A stretch of 64,000 bases of DNA from contig WVZL01000016.1 in assembly GCA_011772495.1 (NCBI GenBank), positions 10,075 to 74,074 of the forward strand, written 5' to 3'. The position numbers were made by a program, and so were the translations under genes. The notes beneath the pieces were generated by a model. The model did not search any database, was not told the origin of the DNA, and saw nothing but the letters and a program-made list of their open reading frames with translations. Origin of the DNA: Candidatus Aminicenantes bacterium (lineage in GTDB: Bacteria; Acidobacteriota; Aminicenantia; Aminicenantales; Aminicenantaceae). Of this stretch, positions 37,397 through 49,676 are shown one piece after another. How positions within the stretch are numbered: the stretch's first letter is position 1; each line of letters starts with the position of its first letter.

Positions 37397-37503
37397 GAAT
37401 CGGGTCTCCGGATTCAAGATTACAGAAACAGAGAGCCGAGTGCTAAAAACCTTAAATCTGAAAACCCGTTCCCTGATTTAATCACAAAAAAAGCGAAAAG
37501 AGC

Positions 37504-37532
37504 TTGATTTAATTAGATAATTCTGATAGAAT
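37504..37532 (+). promoter_or_regulatory. Sigma-70-like promoter in the sulfatase/hldC intergenic region
   Basis: TTGATT (37504-37509), a 17-nt spacer, then TAGAAT (37527-37532). No annotated gene lies downstream on this strand. Confidence 0.45.
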
Positions 37533-37566
37533 TAATATTGTATATTTATTCTAGAAAGGGCTATCA

Positions 37567-37629
37567 ATGATAAGATTTATGGTTCCTAGAACAGCTCATT
37601 GTTCGGAAGGCTGTAGTTGTCCATCCTGA
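37567..37629 (+). CDS. Candidate 20-codon small ORF (MIRFMVPRTAHCSEGCSCPS); may instead be part of a non-coding sRNA
   Basis: The ATG sits about 7 nt after AAAGGG. It lies between the promoter at 37504-37532 and the terminator at 37676-37715. It is too short for any composition test. Confidence 0.25.
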   Translation: MIRFMVPRTAHCSEGCSCPS

Positions 37630-37675
37630 GCATGATAAAAAACTGCTCCTTAACTCTTGCTTAATAATAGAACGG

Positions 37676-37715
37676 GCTCGCTATTGAATCAGCGTCTTGA
37701 TAGCGAGCTTTTTTT
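37676..37715. terminator. Hairpin terminator between convergent units (T-run on the plus strand; immediately 3-prime of the minus-strand hldC stop)
   Basis: GCTCGCTAT (37676-37684) pairs with ATAGCGAGC (37700-37708) around a 15-nt loop, followed by TTTTTTT (37709-37715). Confidence 0.65.
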
Positions 37716-37723
37716 ATTAAAGC

Positions 37724-38206
37724 CTAAGCTTTTCTGGAATCTAGAATCTTCTTGATGATGGCTGAACTCGAACTGTACTTGAGGTAGGGAATAACCACCA
37801 CCCTGCCACCATAGTGTTCAACTTCTCTCTTACCCACCACCTCCTCAGCTCTCCAATCACCCCCCTTGGCCAGAATGTCGGGAAGAAGGAAGGCAATGAT
37901 TTTTTGAGGAGTTTCTTCGGAAAAAGAAGTGAGATAATCAATATCTTCTATTGCTTCCAGCACTTCCAAGCGCTCTTCAAGCGGAAACACAGGCCTGGAG
38001 GCTCCCTTTATCTTCTTCACCGAGGCGTCATCGTTGACAGCCACCAATAAAACATCCCCCAATTTTTTGGCTTCCCTGAATAGATGAACGTGGCCGCGGT
38101 GGAGAATGTCGAAACAGCCGTTAGTAAAAACGACTGTCTTCCCCAGACGCTTCAGCTCCTCTCGGATTTTTATCAGCTTTTTCAAGGGCTGAACCTTTTT
38201 TCTCAT
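37724..38206 (-). CDS. hldC: D-glycero-beta-D-manno-heptose 1-phosphate adenylyltransferase (RfaE domain II-type cytidylyltransferase fold)
   Basis: VVFTNGCFDILHRGHVHLF (CFDxxHxGH), DVLLVAVNDDASVKKIKG..RPV, PDILAKGGDW. Confidence 0.85.
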   Translation of the reverse strand: MRKKVQPLKKLIKIREELKRLGKTVVFTNGCFDILHRGHVHLFREAKKLGDVLLVAVNDDASVKKIKGASRPVFPLEERLEVLEAIEDIDYLTSFSEETPQKIIAFLLPDILAKGGDWRAEEVVGKREVEHYGGRVVVIPYLKYSSSSAIIKKILDSRKA

Positions 38207-38384
38207 TATATCACCGGTCTATCAGGAGCTTACCCGATGCTAATTATAATATGAACTCGTCAAAATGCAATACATCGTATCTCGGAAGTCAGCTAAGGAG
38301 CACTGGAAAGAAATGTTCTCTATTATCACGCTCCTGTTGTCCGCTCGCCTTAGGAGCTAAGATATAAAATGTGGAACAAGCTCA

Positions 38385-38500
38385 AAACGCCAGAAAAACT
38401 TGATAAACTAAACAAACGACATAGACAAGACAGACTAAATAAACTAGATAGACTTAATAAACACGACGAACTAGAAAAACGAGACAAACTAGATAGACTA
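38385..38500 (+). repeat. A-rich, T-poor degenerate repeat tract containing two exact 14-nt copies
   Basis: AAACTAGATAGACT occurs at 38441-38454 and 38486-38499. Related units surround them (AAACTTGATAAACT, ACAAGACAGACT, AAACGAGAC). The second copy overlaps the stop codon of the ABC ATPase gene. Confidence 0.5.
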
Positions 38501-39766
38501 TTTTGGTGGATTGATCTTGATTTGGGGAGAAAAACTCCAGGAATGGGAAAGCCTGCTCACTCCCTCGTCCTTATGACGGGAAGAAACCAGGAATGAATAA
38601 AGACTCCGATGGTAATCATAGGGATAGCCGTCTCTCTTGTGGACAGCCACATCCAGATAATAAGTGCCGTTGACGAGGTTCAGCTGATTAATCTTACAAA
38701 CGACTCTGCCTTCTCCTTGGATAGACACTGGCTCAAAGTCTTCGAGGTGAGTATTGGTACCGTAACATGAAACTCCCTTAGAATTGAGCAGGCCGATGCC
38801 GAAAACAAAGTCTTTGACTTTCGTTCTGGCCTTGACATCCAGCTCGATAGTCAGCCCTTCCTTAGGAGAAAAGACATGTTTCGCTTTGCCGTCAAGGCCC
38901 TTCAAAGTGACCTTGGTGATTTCAATCTCCCTTCCACCCCATCTTTTTTCTCTCTCTTCTTCCTCCCACCTCTGTTCTAAATCCATTTCCTTATACCGAA
39001 CTTCAAAATCCTCTTCCTGCTTAAGAGCTACATCCTGAAGGTAAGTGTCGATCACTCTCTTTGGTTCTCCTATGATCTGAATCTTTCCATCTTTAAGCCA
39101 GATGACTTGGTCGCATATTTTCTCCACTGTTGTGAGGTCATGGCTCACAAAAAGTATGGTCTTCTTTCGTCGGCGAAAATCATCAATTCGGTCCAGACAT
39201 TTGGGAACGAACGAAGCGTCTCCGACAGCCAGAACCTCATCGATGAGCAAAATCTCAGGATTAACGTTAATGGCAATGGAAAAACCAAGCCGCATATACA
39301 TTCCTGAAGAATAAGTCTTGACCGGAGCATCGATGAATTCTTCCAATTCAGCAAATTTGACGATTTCATCAAATTTTTCGTTTATCTCTCGCTTGGAAAG
39401 GCCCAGCATGATGCCGTTGATGAAAACATTCTCTCTTCCCGAGATTTCAGGATGGAAACCAGCGCCGAGCTCGATCAGGGCGGAGACTTTCCCCCGGACG
39501 GACACTTTTCCAGAGGTCGGCTTGGCAATACCAGCAATGATCTTAAGCAGGGTGCTTTTGCCCGACCCGTTTTCACCGATAACACCAAAGGTCGTTCCTT
39601 TCCCCACCTTAAAACTTACTCTATCGAGAGCGGTCACCAACTCATCGGGTCTTAAAGCTTTAAAGAGATCGCCCTTAATCATTGCGCTTTTGAAAGTTTT
39701 GAAACGATGCCGGGCCGAGTACTTCTGGTAGATTCTGGTGACATTCTCGACCTCGATAGCAACCAC
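38498..39766 (-). CDS. ABC transporter ATP-binding protein, polysaccharide/O-antigen/teichoic-acid export type (Wzt/TagH-like) with C-terminal beta-sandwich domain
   Basis: Walker A GENGSGKST, signature YSSGMYMRL, Walker B LLIDEVLAVGD, and a ~170-aa C-terminal extension as in Wzt-type ATPases. Confidence 0.85.
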   Translation of the reverse strand: MVAIEVENVTRIYQKYSARHRFKTFKSAMIKGDLFKALRPDELVTALDRVSFKVGKGTTFGVIGENGSGKSTLLKIIAGIAKPTSGKVSVRGKVSALIELGAGFHPEISGRENVFINGIMLGLSKREINEKFDEIVKFAELEEFIDAPVKTYSSGMYMRLGFSIAINVNPEILLIDEVLAVGDASFVPKCLDRIDDFRRRKKTILFVSHDLTTVEKICDQVIWLKDGKIQIIGEPKRVIDTYLQDVALKQEEDFEVRYKEMDLEQRWEEEEREKRWGGREIEITKVTLKGLDGKAKHVFSPKEGLTIELDVKARTKVKDFVFGIGLLNSKGVSCYGTNTHLEDFEPVSIQGEGRVVCKINQLNLVNGTYYLDVAVHKRDGYPYDYHRSLYSFLVSSRHKDEGVSRLSHSWSFSPQIKINPPK

Positions 39767-40585
39767 CTAGACCTCCTCAGGAAAAGACTCGCGCAATCGA
39801 TCAAAAATATAATAACCCACCAAGAGCAGAAGCAGGGCCACTAGAAAGGTGACTCCCAGACGCTTCCAGCGGATTAAGCTTCCGAAAAAAACGCAGTTTT
39901 GATAGCCCTGCATGATATGGGTCATCGGGTTTAAATTTAAAAAAACCTTCAGGAAGGCCGAGTTTTGAATGGGAGCAAAAGTCAGGGGATAGATAATGGG
40001 TGAGGCAAAAAACCAGAAGGTCAAAAGATTGGCCAGTATGTCTTTGATGTCTCTAAAATGGACCGTCAGCGAAGAAATCAGGAAGCTGAATCCCAAGGAA
40101 AACACGAACTGGACTAGAATGACCACCGGCAAGAAAAGCAGGAAAGGAGTAAAAGTCTTGCCCATTATAGGAACAAAAATAAGAAGGATGGGAAGCCCAA
40201 AAAGAAAGTGGATGAAATTGCTCACCACAACAACCACCGGCAGTATCTCGGAAGGAAAGAGGACCTTCTTTATCAAATTCCCCTGAACCATCAAAACATT
40301 GGCTGATTCCAGGGAAGACGAAGAAAACCAGGTCCAGGGCAGGACTCCACAGAAGAGAAAAAGCGCATAAAGCCAGGGCGTTCCTCCCAAAGAGGGGTCA
40401 CGCGGCCCGATGATGAAACCGAAGACTATGGTGTAAATGACCATCAGGAGCAGCGGATTAAAAAATGACCAGAGAAAACCAAGGATGGTTCCCCGGTAGC
40501 GAGCTTTTAGCTCGCGGGCGACAAGGTTGCGGATGAGCATCCGGTACTTGTAGAGCTCTTTGAGGTTTTTAAAAAGACGCAGCAT
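39767..40585 (-). CDS. ABC-2 type transporter permease (Wzm/TagG-like)
   Basis: N-terminus LYKYRMLIRNLVARELKARYRGTILGFLWSFFNP is typical of ABC-2 permeases, with 6 TM helices. GGGAGAG lies upstream of the ATG at 40585. The ORF-track start at 40642 overlaps the upstream gene further. Confidence 0.85.
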   Translation of the reverse strand: MLRLFKNLKELYKYRMLIRNLVARELKARYRGTILGFLWSFFNPLLLMVIYTIVFGFIIGPRDPSLGGTPWLYALFLFCGVLPWTWFSSSSLESANVLMVQGNLIKKVLFPSEILPVVVVVSNFIHFLFGLPILLIFVPIMGKTFTPFLLFLPVVILVQFVFSLGFSFLISSLTVHFRDIKDILANLLTFWFFASPIIYPLTFAPIQNSAFLKVFLNLNPMTHIMQGYQNCVFFGSLIRWKRLGVTFLVALLLLLVGYYIFDRLRESFPEEV

Positions 40586-41292
40586 TGGCTCTCCCTTGGA
40601 ATACCTCGTTAGCTTCTGCGGTGTATTCTCCCTTGTCATCATAAAGAATGAAGGGCGGAAGCAGCTCTGGCTCCTGGGAAGAGAAACCGGCCTCGACCAT
40701 AAACAAAGTCGGCGGAGTTTCCTTCCGCGGTAATATAAAACGCATGGTCTTGATTCCTAAGTCGTTTTCCTTTAAAACCCGCCTGAAATCGTCTTTTCGG
40801 TCGACTGGATAGATAAAATTAGCTCTCCCCTCTTCCTTCAACAGCTCCTGGGTCTTCTTCACGATATCATTAATATTGCATTTTAACTCATGTTTCGCAA
40901 CGGATTTTTCCACAGAAGGACTGAGATGTCCGGTTTCTTTTTTGATATAAGGAGGATTAGAAAAGACGACATCAAACTTTTTGCCAGGCCGGAAAGCCCG
41001 TAGATCCTCTTCGACAATCTGAATTTTCTCCTCAAGATTGTTCAGTATCACATTCCTCCGGGCTAAATCGGCTAAAGATGCCTGGATTTCCACTGCCGTA
41101 ATAGTCTTGAAGGGCTTTATACTCAGGAGGAGAGGTATGATTCCGTTCCCGGTGCCGAGTTCCAGGAGCTCGTCTGAAGCTTCAGTTCGAATAAAATCGG
41201 CTAGAAGTGGTGCATCCACCGAAAATCGGTAACCTTTTCTCTTCTGAAGAACAAGAATGCGACCAGAATAAAAGGTGTCAAGGGTCTCATCC

Positions 41293-41321
<29 letters not shown>
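40569..41321 (-). CDS. SAM-dependent N6-adenine methyltransferase, TrmN6/YfiC-like
   Basis: DETLDTFYSGRILVLQKRKGYRFSVDAPLLADF, SAM motif LLELGTGNGI, and catalytic FSNPPY. The start is uncertain (41321 is preferred, 41408 is possible) and either choice overlaps the atpC 3-prime end. Confidence 0.7.
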
Positions 41322-43034
<1,713 letters not shown>

Positions 43035-43901
43035 CTATTTTTTAGCCAAAGCTTCAACAGCGGTCATAATCTCCAAAAGTTCCTTGGTAATCGAAGCCTG
43101 GCGAATCTTGTTCAAGACCAGGGTTAAGTCTTCTATTAACTCTTCAGCATTCTTAGAAGCATTATCCATGGCCATCATCCGAGCCGCGTGCTCGGCGGTA
43201 GACGACTCACGAAAATAATGATAGACCTGACTCTCTACATAGAGAGGCAGCAATAAGTTCAAGATAGAAACGACTTCCGGCTCCCACCCAGGGACAAGAA
43301 CCCTCTCCTCTCCTTCCTCTTTGGCAGGAATGAGAGGGAGGAGCTTGGCGATGGTGACCCGGGGAGCGAGGATCGATTTAAACTCGTTGTAGGCCACGTA
43401 GACGGCATCCACTCTCTGAAAAACATACAGCCTGATCAAGAATTGAGCAATTTCCCGGATTTCCTCGGATGCGAGCTTTTCCACATTATCTTCATAGGCT
43501 CTTTCTACTGTAAACGCGTGACGCTTGAAGAACGAGACGGCCTTCTTGCCTGCCAAAACCAGCTTCACCTCTGAAGTGTTAGCTTTGTCCTCGAAAAAAG
43601 AAAGAGCTTGTTCTAGCAAATTGGAATTGAAAGCCCCAGCCAGACCTTTATCAGAAGTGATCACCAATCCTTCAATCTTTTCCTCGCTCCTTTCTTGAAG
43701 AAGCGGATGAAGGTATCCTTCGGTCCAGGAATACACGTCCGCCAATAAATCAAGGAAGGTGTGCCAGTAAGGACGACCCTCCAAAAGCAATCGCTGGGCC
43801 TTGCGGAACTTGGCAGTGGAAACGGTTTTCATGGCTTGGGTAATCTGCTGGGTGTTTTTGACGCTCCGTATTCTTCTCCTCAGGTCGATTAAGGCTGGCA
43901 T
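43035..43901 (-). CDS. atpG: F1 ATP synthase gamma subunit
   Basis: N-terminal LRRRIRSVKNTQQITQAMKTVSTAKFRKAQ and C-terminal ITKELLEIMTAVEAL. Confidence 0.95.
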   Translation of the reverse strand: MPALIDLRRRIRSVKNTQQITQAMKTVSTAKFRKAQRLLLEGRPYWHTFLDLLADVYSWTEGYLHPLLQERSEEKIEGLVITSDKGLAGAFNSNLLEQALSFFEDKANTSEVKLVLAGKKAVSFFKRHAFTVERAYEDNVEKLASEEIREIAQFLIRLYVFQRVDAVYVAYNEFKSILAPRVTIAKLLPLIPAKEEGEERVLVPGWEPEVVSILNLLLPLYVESQVYHYFRESSTAEHAARMMAMDNASKNAEELIEDLTLVLNKIRQASITKELLEIMTAVEALAKK

Positions 43902-43902
43902 C

Positions 43903-45971
<2,069 letters not shown>

Positions 45972-46520
45972 CTAATCTTGAAAGCCTTTCTATGCATTTA
46001 TCTATGAAAAGGGAATGGTCTTGCGGCGTCATCCTTTTTTTAATCCTCTCCTGGGCCAAGAGAGCAGCCATCTCGATGGTGTATTCCTTTAGCTCTTGGA
46101 TCCCCCCTTCTACGAGCAGTTCGATTTCCTGCCGAGTCATGCGTTTTATCCTCTCGGCTTCTTTTTTCGCATCTTTGATAATCCTGTCCTTCTCCCTTTG
46201 GCCCATGCTCTCGGCTTCTTTTTTTATGTGGGCGATCTTCTCTTCCAGGCCTTCCAGTTGCACTCTGGCCTCATCCAATTTACTTTCTGCCTCTTGGCGC
46301 CTATTTTCGGCTTCCTCGAGTGACTGCTTGATTTCCAGGGACCTTTTTTTGAGAAAGTTTTGGAGGGGTTTGGATAGAAGGTAAGAAAGCCCCCCAAAGA
46401 GTATTATAAAATTGAGGCTTTTCCCTAAAAACGGGAGAAAATTCGAGGATGAGTGCTCTTCGGCCATGAACACAAAGGCGGGAAGCAGGCAGAGAATGAT
46501 GATAATGTGCTTTTTCTTCA

Positions 46521-46937
46521 TCAGTGCAAAAGCCTCTCTTCAATCCTCTCTGCTAAATCTTCGCTTTCTTTCCCTAACCGTTTCTTCAACTTTTTCATCT
46601 GTTCTTCAAGCCGTTGGCTTGCCTTTTCAACCTGGCTCCTGCATTCAAGACTGATTTCCTCCAGCAGACGGTTCTTCTCCTGCAGAGCTTCCTTTTCTAA
46701 TTCTTCTCTTGTCCTATCAGAAATGGCTCGGGCTGCCTTTAGATTCTCTTCGATTTGATTGATACTCTGCTCATAGGCCTCGATGGCTTTTTGTTGGGAT
46801 TCCTGATTCTTCTGGATTTTCGTCTCGCGCTCGGTCATCACCTTCCTCACCCGCTTAAAAAAGACCCTGTTAAGAACATAGACTAACACCCAGACGGATA
46901 TAAAAATGACGATTGCAGAATAATCTAAGGAAAGCAT
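46521..46937 (-). CDS. Fo ATP synthase subunit b-prime (second b-type stalk subunit)
   Basis: N-terminal TM (VIFISVWVLVYVLNRVFF) plus a charged coiled helix. It is the first gene of this atp cluster. No a/c subunit genes lie upstream. Confidence 0.7.
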   Translation of the reverse strand: MLSLDYSAIVIFISVWVLVYVLNRVFFKRVRKVMTERETKIQKNQESQQKAIEAYEQSINQIEENLKAARAISDRTREELEKEALQEKNRLLEEISLECRSQVEKASQRLEEQMKKLKKRLGKESEDLAERIEERLLH

Positions 46938-47134
46938 ACTACCTAAAAATGAGATAAAAAAATTAGCCCAAAATTTATCATTTCTAGTCTAAAAAAGCAA
47001 GCCGCCCAGGTTTATTCGGGGACTGTTCTATTTCTTTTAGTTTTATAGCTCTAAGGGAATCAGGCTTGGTCATCATCCGTTCTACTTTTCTTTTCGTCAC
47101 TCAAGCATCAATTCATAAAAGAGCCTGACTTTGT

Positions 47135-48436
47135 TTACACGTCCTCACCTTTGAAAATTTTTTTCACCTCTCCGGCTAAATACAGGGAGCCAGCAATGAC
47201 AACACTCCCTTGAGGGGGAGTCTCAGAGATAGCCATCTTGACCGCCTTCTCTGTCTCTGGTTCCAGAACAACCTTCTCCTTGAATCGAGGTGCTTGGGCG
47301 CTTATTTCTTCTGGCTCCGCAGCTCTGAAGTAGGGAAATCGAGTGAGTATGATTCTATCAGCCAAAGGAAACAGAAGGGAGGCCATTCTGGTGATCTTTT
47401 TATCCCTCATGAAAGCCACCACCAGGGTGAAAGGTGGGAAGACGAACTCCTGGATATAGTCTCTTAGGGCTTTTGTTCCCTCTTCATTGTGAGCACCATC
47501 TAGAATCACCAAAGGAGAGCGGGAAAGAATTTCCAGCCGTCCTTCCCAGCGAGTCTCTTCGATGCCTTGAATAATTTTTTCTTTCTCCAGTTTTCTCCAG
47601 TTTCCTCCGAGCTGCTCGGAAGCAGCGATGGCCATAGCCGCATTTTCGCCCTGGTGTTTTCCCAGCAGTGAAGGTGTAAAAGAGTATTCATCCTGGTTTG
47701 ATCTATAGACAAAAGAATACTGACCTTCGGCCGTTTTTCTCGCCTGAAGGCAGTCCTTCCTATCGAATACCCCGTAGAAGGAAGCCTCGAGCTCCCTGGC
47801 CTTCTTTTTGATCATTCGCTGAGCCTCGCCTCTTTTGACTCCGCAAACAAGGGCAATCCCGGGTTTTACGATTCCTGCCTTTTCAGAGGCAATTTGACTC
47901 AAAGTGTTTCCTAAGAATTTCTGGTGCTCCTTGGAAATAGTGGTTATGACCGAGACAGGAGGAACGACAACGTTGGTGGCGTCGAACCTCCCACCCATCC
48001 CTACTTCTAATACGGCGATATCGATCTTTTGTTTCCCAAAATAAATAAAGGCTAGACAGGTGAGCAATTCAAAATAGGTGGGAAAAGATAACAGTCTCTT
48101 CGAAGCTATCAAATCCTCAATCTTGTCTTTCAGGATGGTGAGCTCTATGGAAAAATTCCGGGAAGAGATTGGCTCTCCGTTGATCCTGATTCTTTCTTCA
48201 ACTTTAACCAGATGGGGAGAGGTATACAGGCCGACGCGGAAGTTATGCCGGCTCAGGATTTGGGCCAGCATGGCACATACTGAACCTTTGCCGTTGGTTC
48301 CGGCCACGAGTATGGAAGGATATTTCTGGTGAGGATTATCGAAGAAAGAAAGAATGGCCTTTACATTATCTAGACCAAATTTAATCCCTAAGTTTTGTAT
48401 TTTTTCAAGAAAGCGAAGGCATTCATGGTAATTCAT
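47135..48436 (-). CDS. folC: Bifunctional folylpolyglutamate synthase / dihydrofolate synthase
   Basis: P-loop VAGTNGKGSV, GLYTSPHL, AVLEVGMGGRFDATNV, DGAHN. Start and stop abut accD. Confidence 0.9.
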   Translation of the reverse strand: MNYHECLRFLEKIQNLGIKFGLDNVKAILSFFDNPHQKYPSILVAGTNGKGSVCAMLAQILSRHNFRVGLYTSPHLVKVEERIRINGEPISSRNFSIELTILKDKIEDLIASKRLLSFPTYFELLTCLAFIYFGKQKIDIAVLEVGMGGRFDATNVVVPPVSVITTISKEHQKFLGNTLSQIASEKAGIVKPGIALVCGVKRGEAQRMIKKKARELEASFYGVFDRKDCLQARKTAEGQYSFVYRSNQDEYSFTPSLLGKHQGENAAMAIAASEQLGGNWRKLEKEKIIQGIEETRWEGRLEILSRSPLVILDGAHNEEGTKALRDYIQEFVFPPFTLVVAFMRDKKITRMASLLFPLADRIILTRFPYFRAAEPEEISAQAPRFKEKVVLEPETEKAVKMAISETPPQGSVVIAGSLYLAGEVKKIFKGEDV

Positions 48437-49224
48437 TAATGTTGATTTAAAAGAAGCCGCAAAGCTTTGATGAGATAAGGGCGTAGGTTTTTTCGTTCCA
48501 CGACTTCGTCCAGCATGCCGTGGCTGAGGAGAAATTCAGAACGCTGAAATCCTTTAGGAAGTTTCTCCTTTATCGTCTGTTCGATAACTCTTGGACCTGC
48601 AAAACCGACGAGAGCTTTAGGCTCGGCGAGATTTATGTCCCCCAGCATGGCGAAACTCGCCGTTACTCCGCCTGTAGTGGGATCGGTCAGAACAGAGATG
48701 AAGGGAATTCCGGCCTCATCAAGCCTGGCAATGGCAGAACTGGTCTTCATGAGCTGCATCAGAGAGAGGACGCCTTCTTGCATCCTTGCTCCTCCAGATG
48801 CAGAAACAATGATTAGGGGAATCTTCTGCTGCAGAGCTCTCTCCGCGGCTCTGGAAATTTTCTCACCCACTACCGAACCCATGCTCCCGCCCATGAAATT
48901 GAAATCCATGATGGAAAGGATGACTGTCATTCCCCCCATTTTTCCCTCGGCGTTAACCACAGCCTCTGGAAGCAGCGTTTTCTCCTGATTGTCCTTCAGC
49001 CGTCGGGAATATTTCTCAGTGTCTTCAAACTTCAGGGGATCAACAGGAAGGATTTTTTCATCGAAAAGCTCATACCTGCCTTCATCCAGAAGCATGTGCA
49101 ACCTCTCCTTAGCCGACAACCTGAAATGGAAATGGCAGGATGGGCACACATAATGATTGTCAAGGATGTCCTGTTTATAGAGAATACGCCGGCAGTTGTT
49201 ACATCGAGTCCATAAGCTGGCCAT
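48436..49224 (-). CDS. accD: Acetyl-CoA carboxylase carboxyltransferase beta subunit
   Basis: N-terminal Zn ribbon CNNCRRILYKQDILDNHYVCPSCHFH, then FNFMGGSMGSVVGEK and ASGGARMQEG. Confidence 0.95.
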   Translation of the reverse strand: MASLWTRCNNCRRILYKQDILDNHYVCPSCHFHFRLSAKERLHMLLDEGRYELFDEKILPVDPLKFEDTEKYSRRLKDNQEKTLLPEAVVNAEGKMGGMTVILSIMDFNFMGGSMGSVVGEKISRAAERALQQKIPLIIVSASGGARMQEGVLSLMQLMKTSSAIARLDEAGIPFISVLTDPTTGGVTASFAMLGDINLAEPKALVGFAGPRVIEQTIKEKLPKGFQRSEFLLSHGMLDEVVERKNLRPYLIKALRLLLNQH

Positions 49225-49329
49225 GGCTTCTCATCCTTGTTTTTTTAGACAGCCTGTCTTTTCATGCTTTGTGATTTCGGAGTCCACGAGACGGCGAGAA
49301 AAGAAAGATTTTTCGATTATTGTTTGCCT

Positions 49330-49608
49330 TTAGGACTCGCTCTTAACAGATTCATTGAGTTCAATGCCTAAGCTTTGCTCTGCACCCTCTTCTGTTTCTT
49401 GCTTTTCGAATTCGTTTTCAACGCCCAGAAGCAAGGCAATACCGTCATAAATTTTTCTCATCGCTTTTTTCTCTTCCAACAGTTCCTGGAGGCGTTTCTT
49501 GGTCTTTTCGAGCTCTTCGGCCATTTCCATCTCGATGCTGTTAATCCGTTCCCTTGTCTGCTCTAAAGTTTCTCGGTACTGTTTTTCTTTATCTTTGGGA
49601 ACAGGCAT
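49330..49608 (-). CDS. Hypothetical coiled-coil protein (92 aa)
   Basis: A K/E-rich, heptad-like sequence. No motif is recognised. Confidence 0.4.
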   Translation of the reverse strand: MPVPKDKEKQYRETLEQTRERINSIEMEMAEELEKTKKRLQELLEEKKAMRKIYDGIALLLGVENEFEKQETEEGAEQSLGIELNESVKSES

Positions 49609-49676
49609 CCCTTTTCTCCAGAGAGTACTAAACCATTTTCGTTAAGAACAAATTTTTTCCCAGAGTTTCCTATTGC

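Noticed and set aside
37397-37480. Possible decayed fragments of the 181-nt element at 37397-37480 (GCCGAG..AAATCTGAA..CCGTTCCCTGATTT) and 18590-18640 (CGAGAGAAGAACCGAAAG..GATCTTAAGG).
   Set aside because: Only short islands match, separated by non-collinear or deleted segments in A-rich sequence. I cannot distinguish these from chance without a computed alignment or a profile built from more copies.
38369-38596. Track ORF of 75 aa encoding a repetitive KLD/RLN-rich peptide across the A-rich tract.
   Set aside because: It has not been annotated as a gene. Its 3-prime third runs antisense through the Wzt-type ATPase coding end, the SD spacing is long (12 nt), and the repeat-driven periodicity can mimic coding signal. 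It is kept only as an alternative explanation in the finding on the repeat tract.
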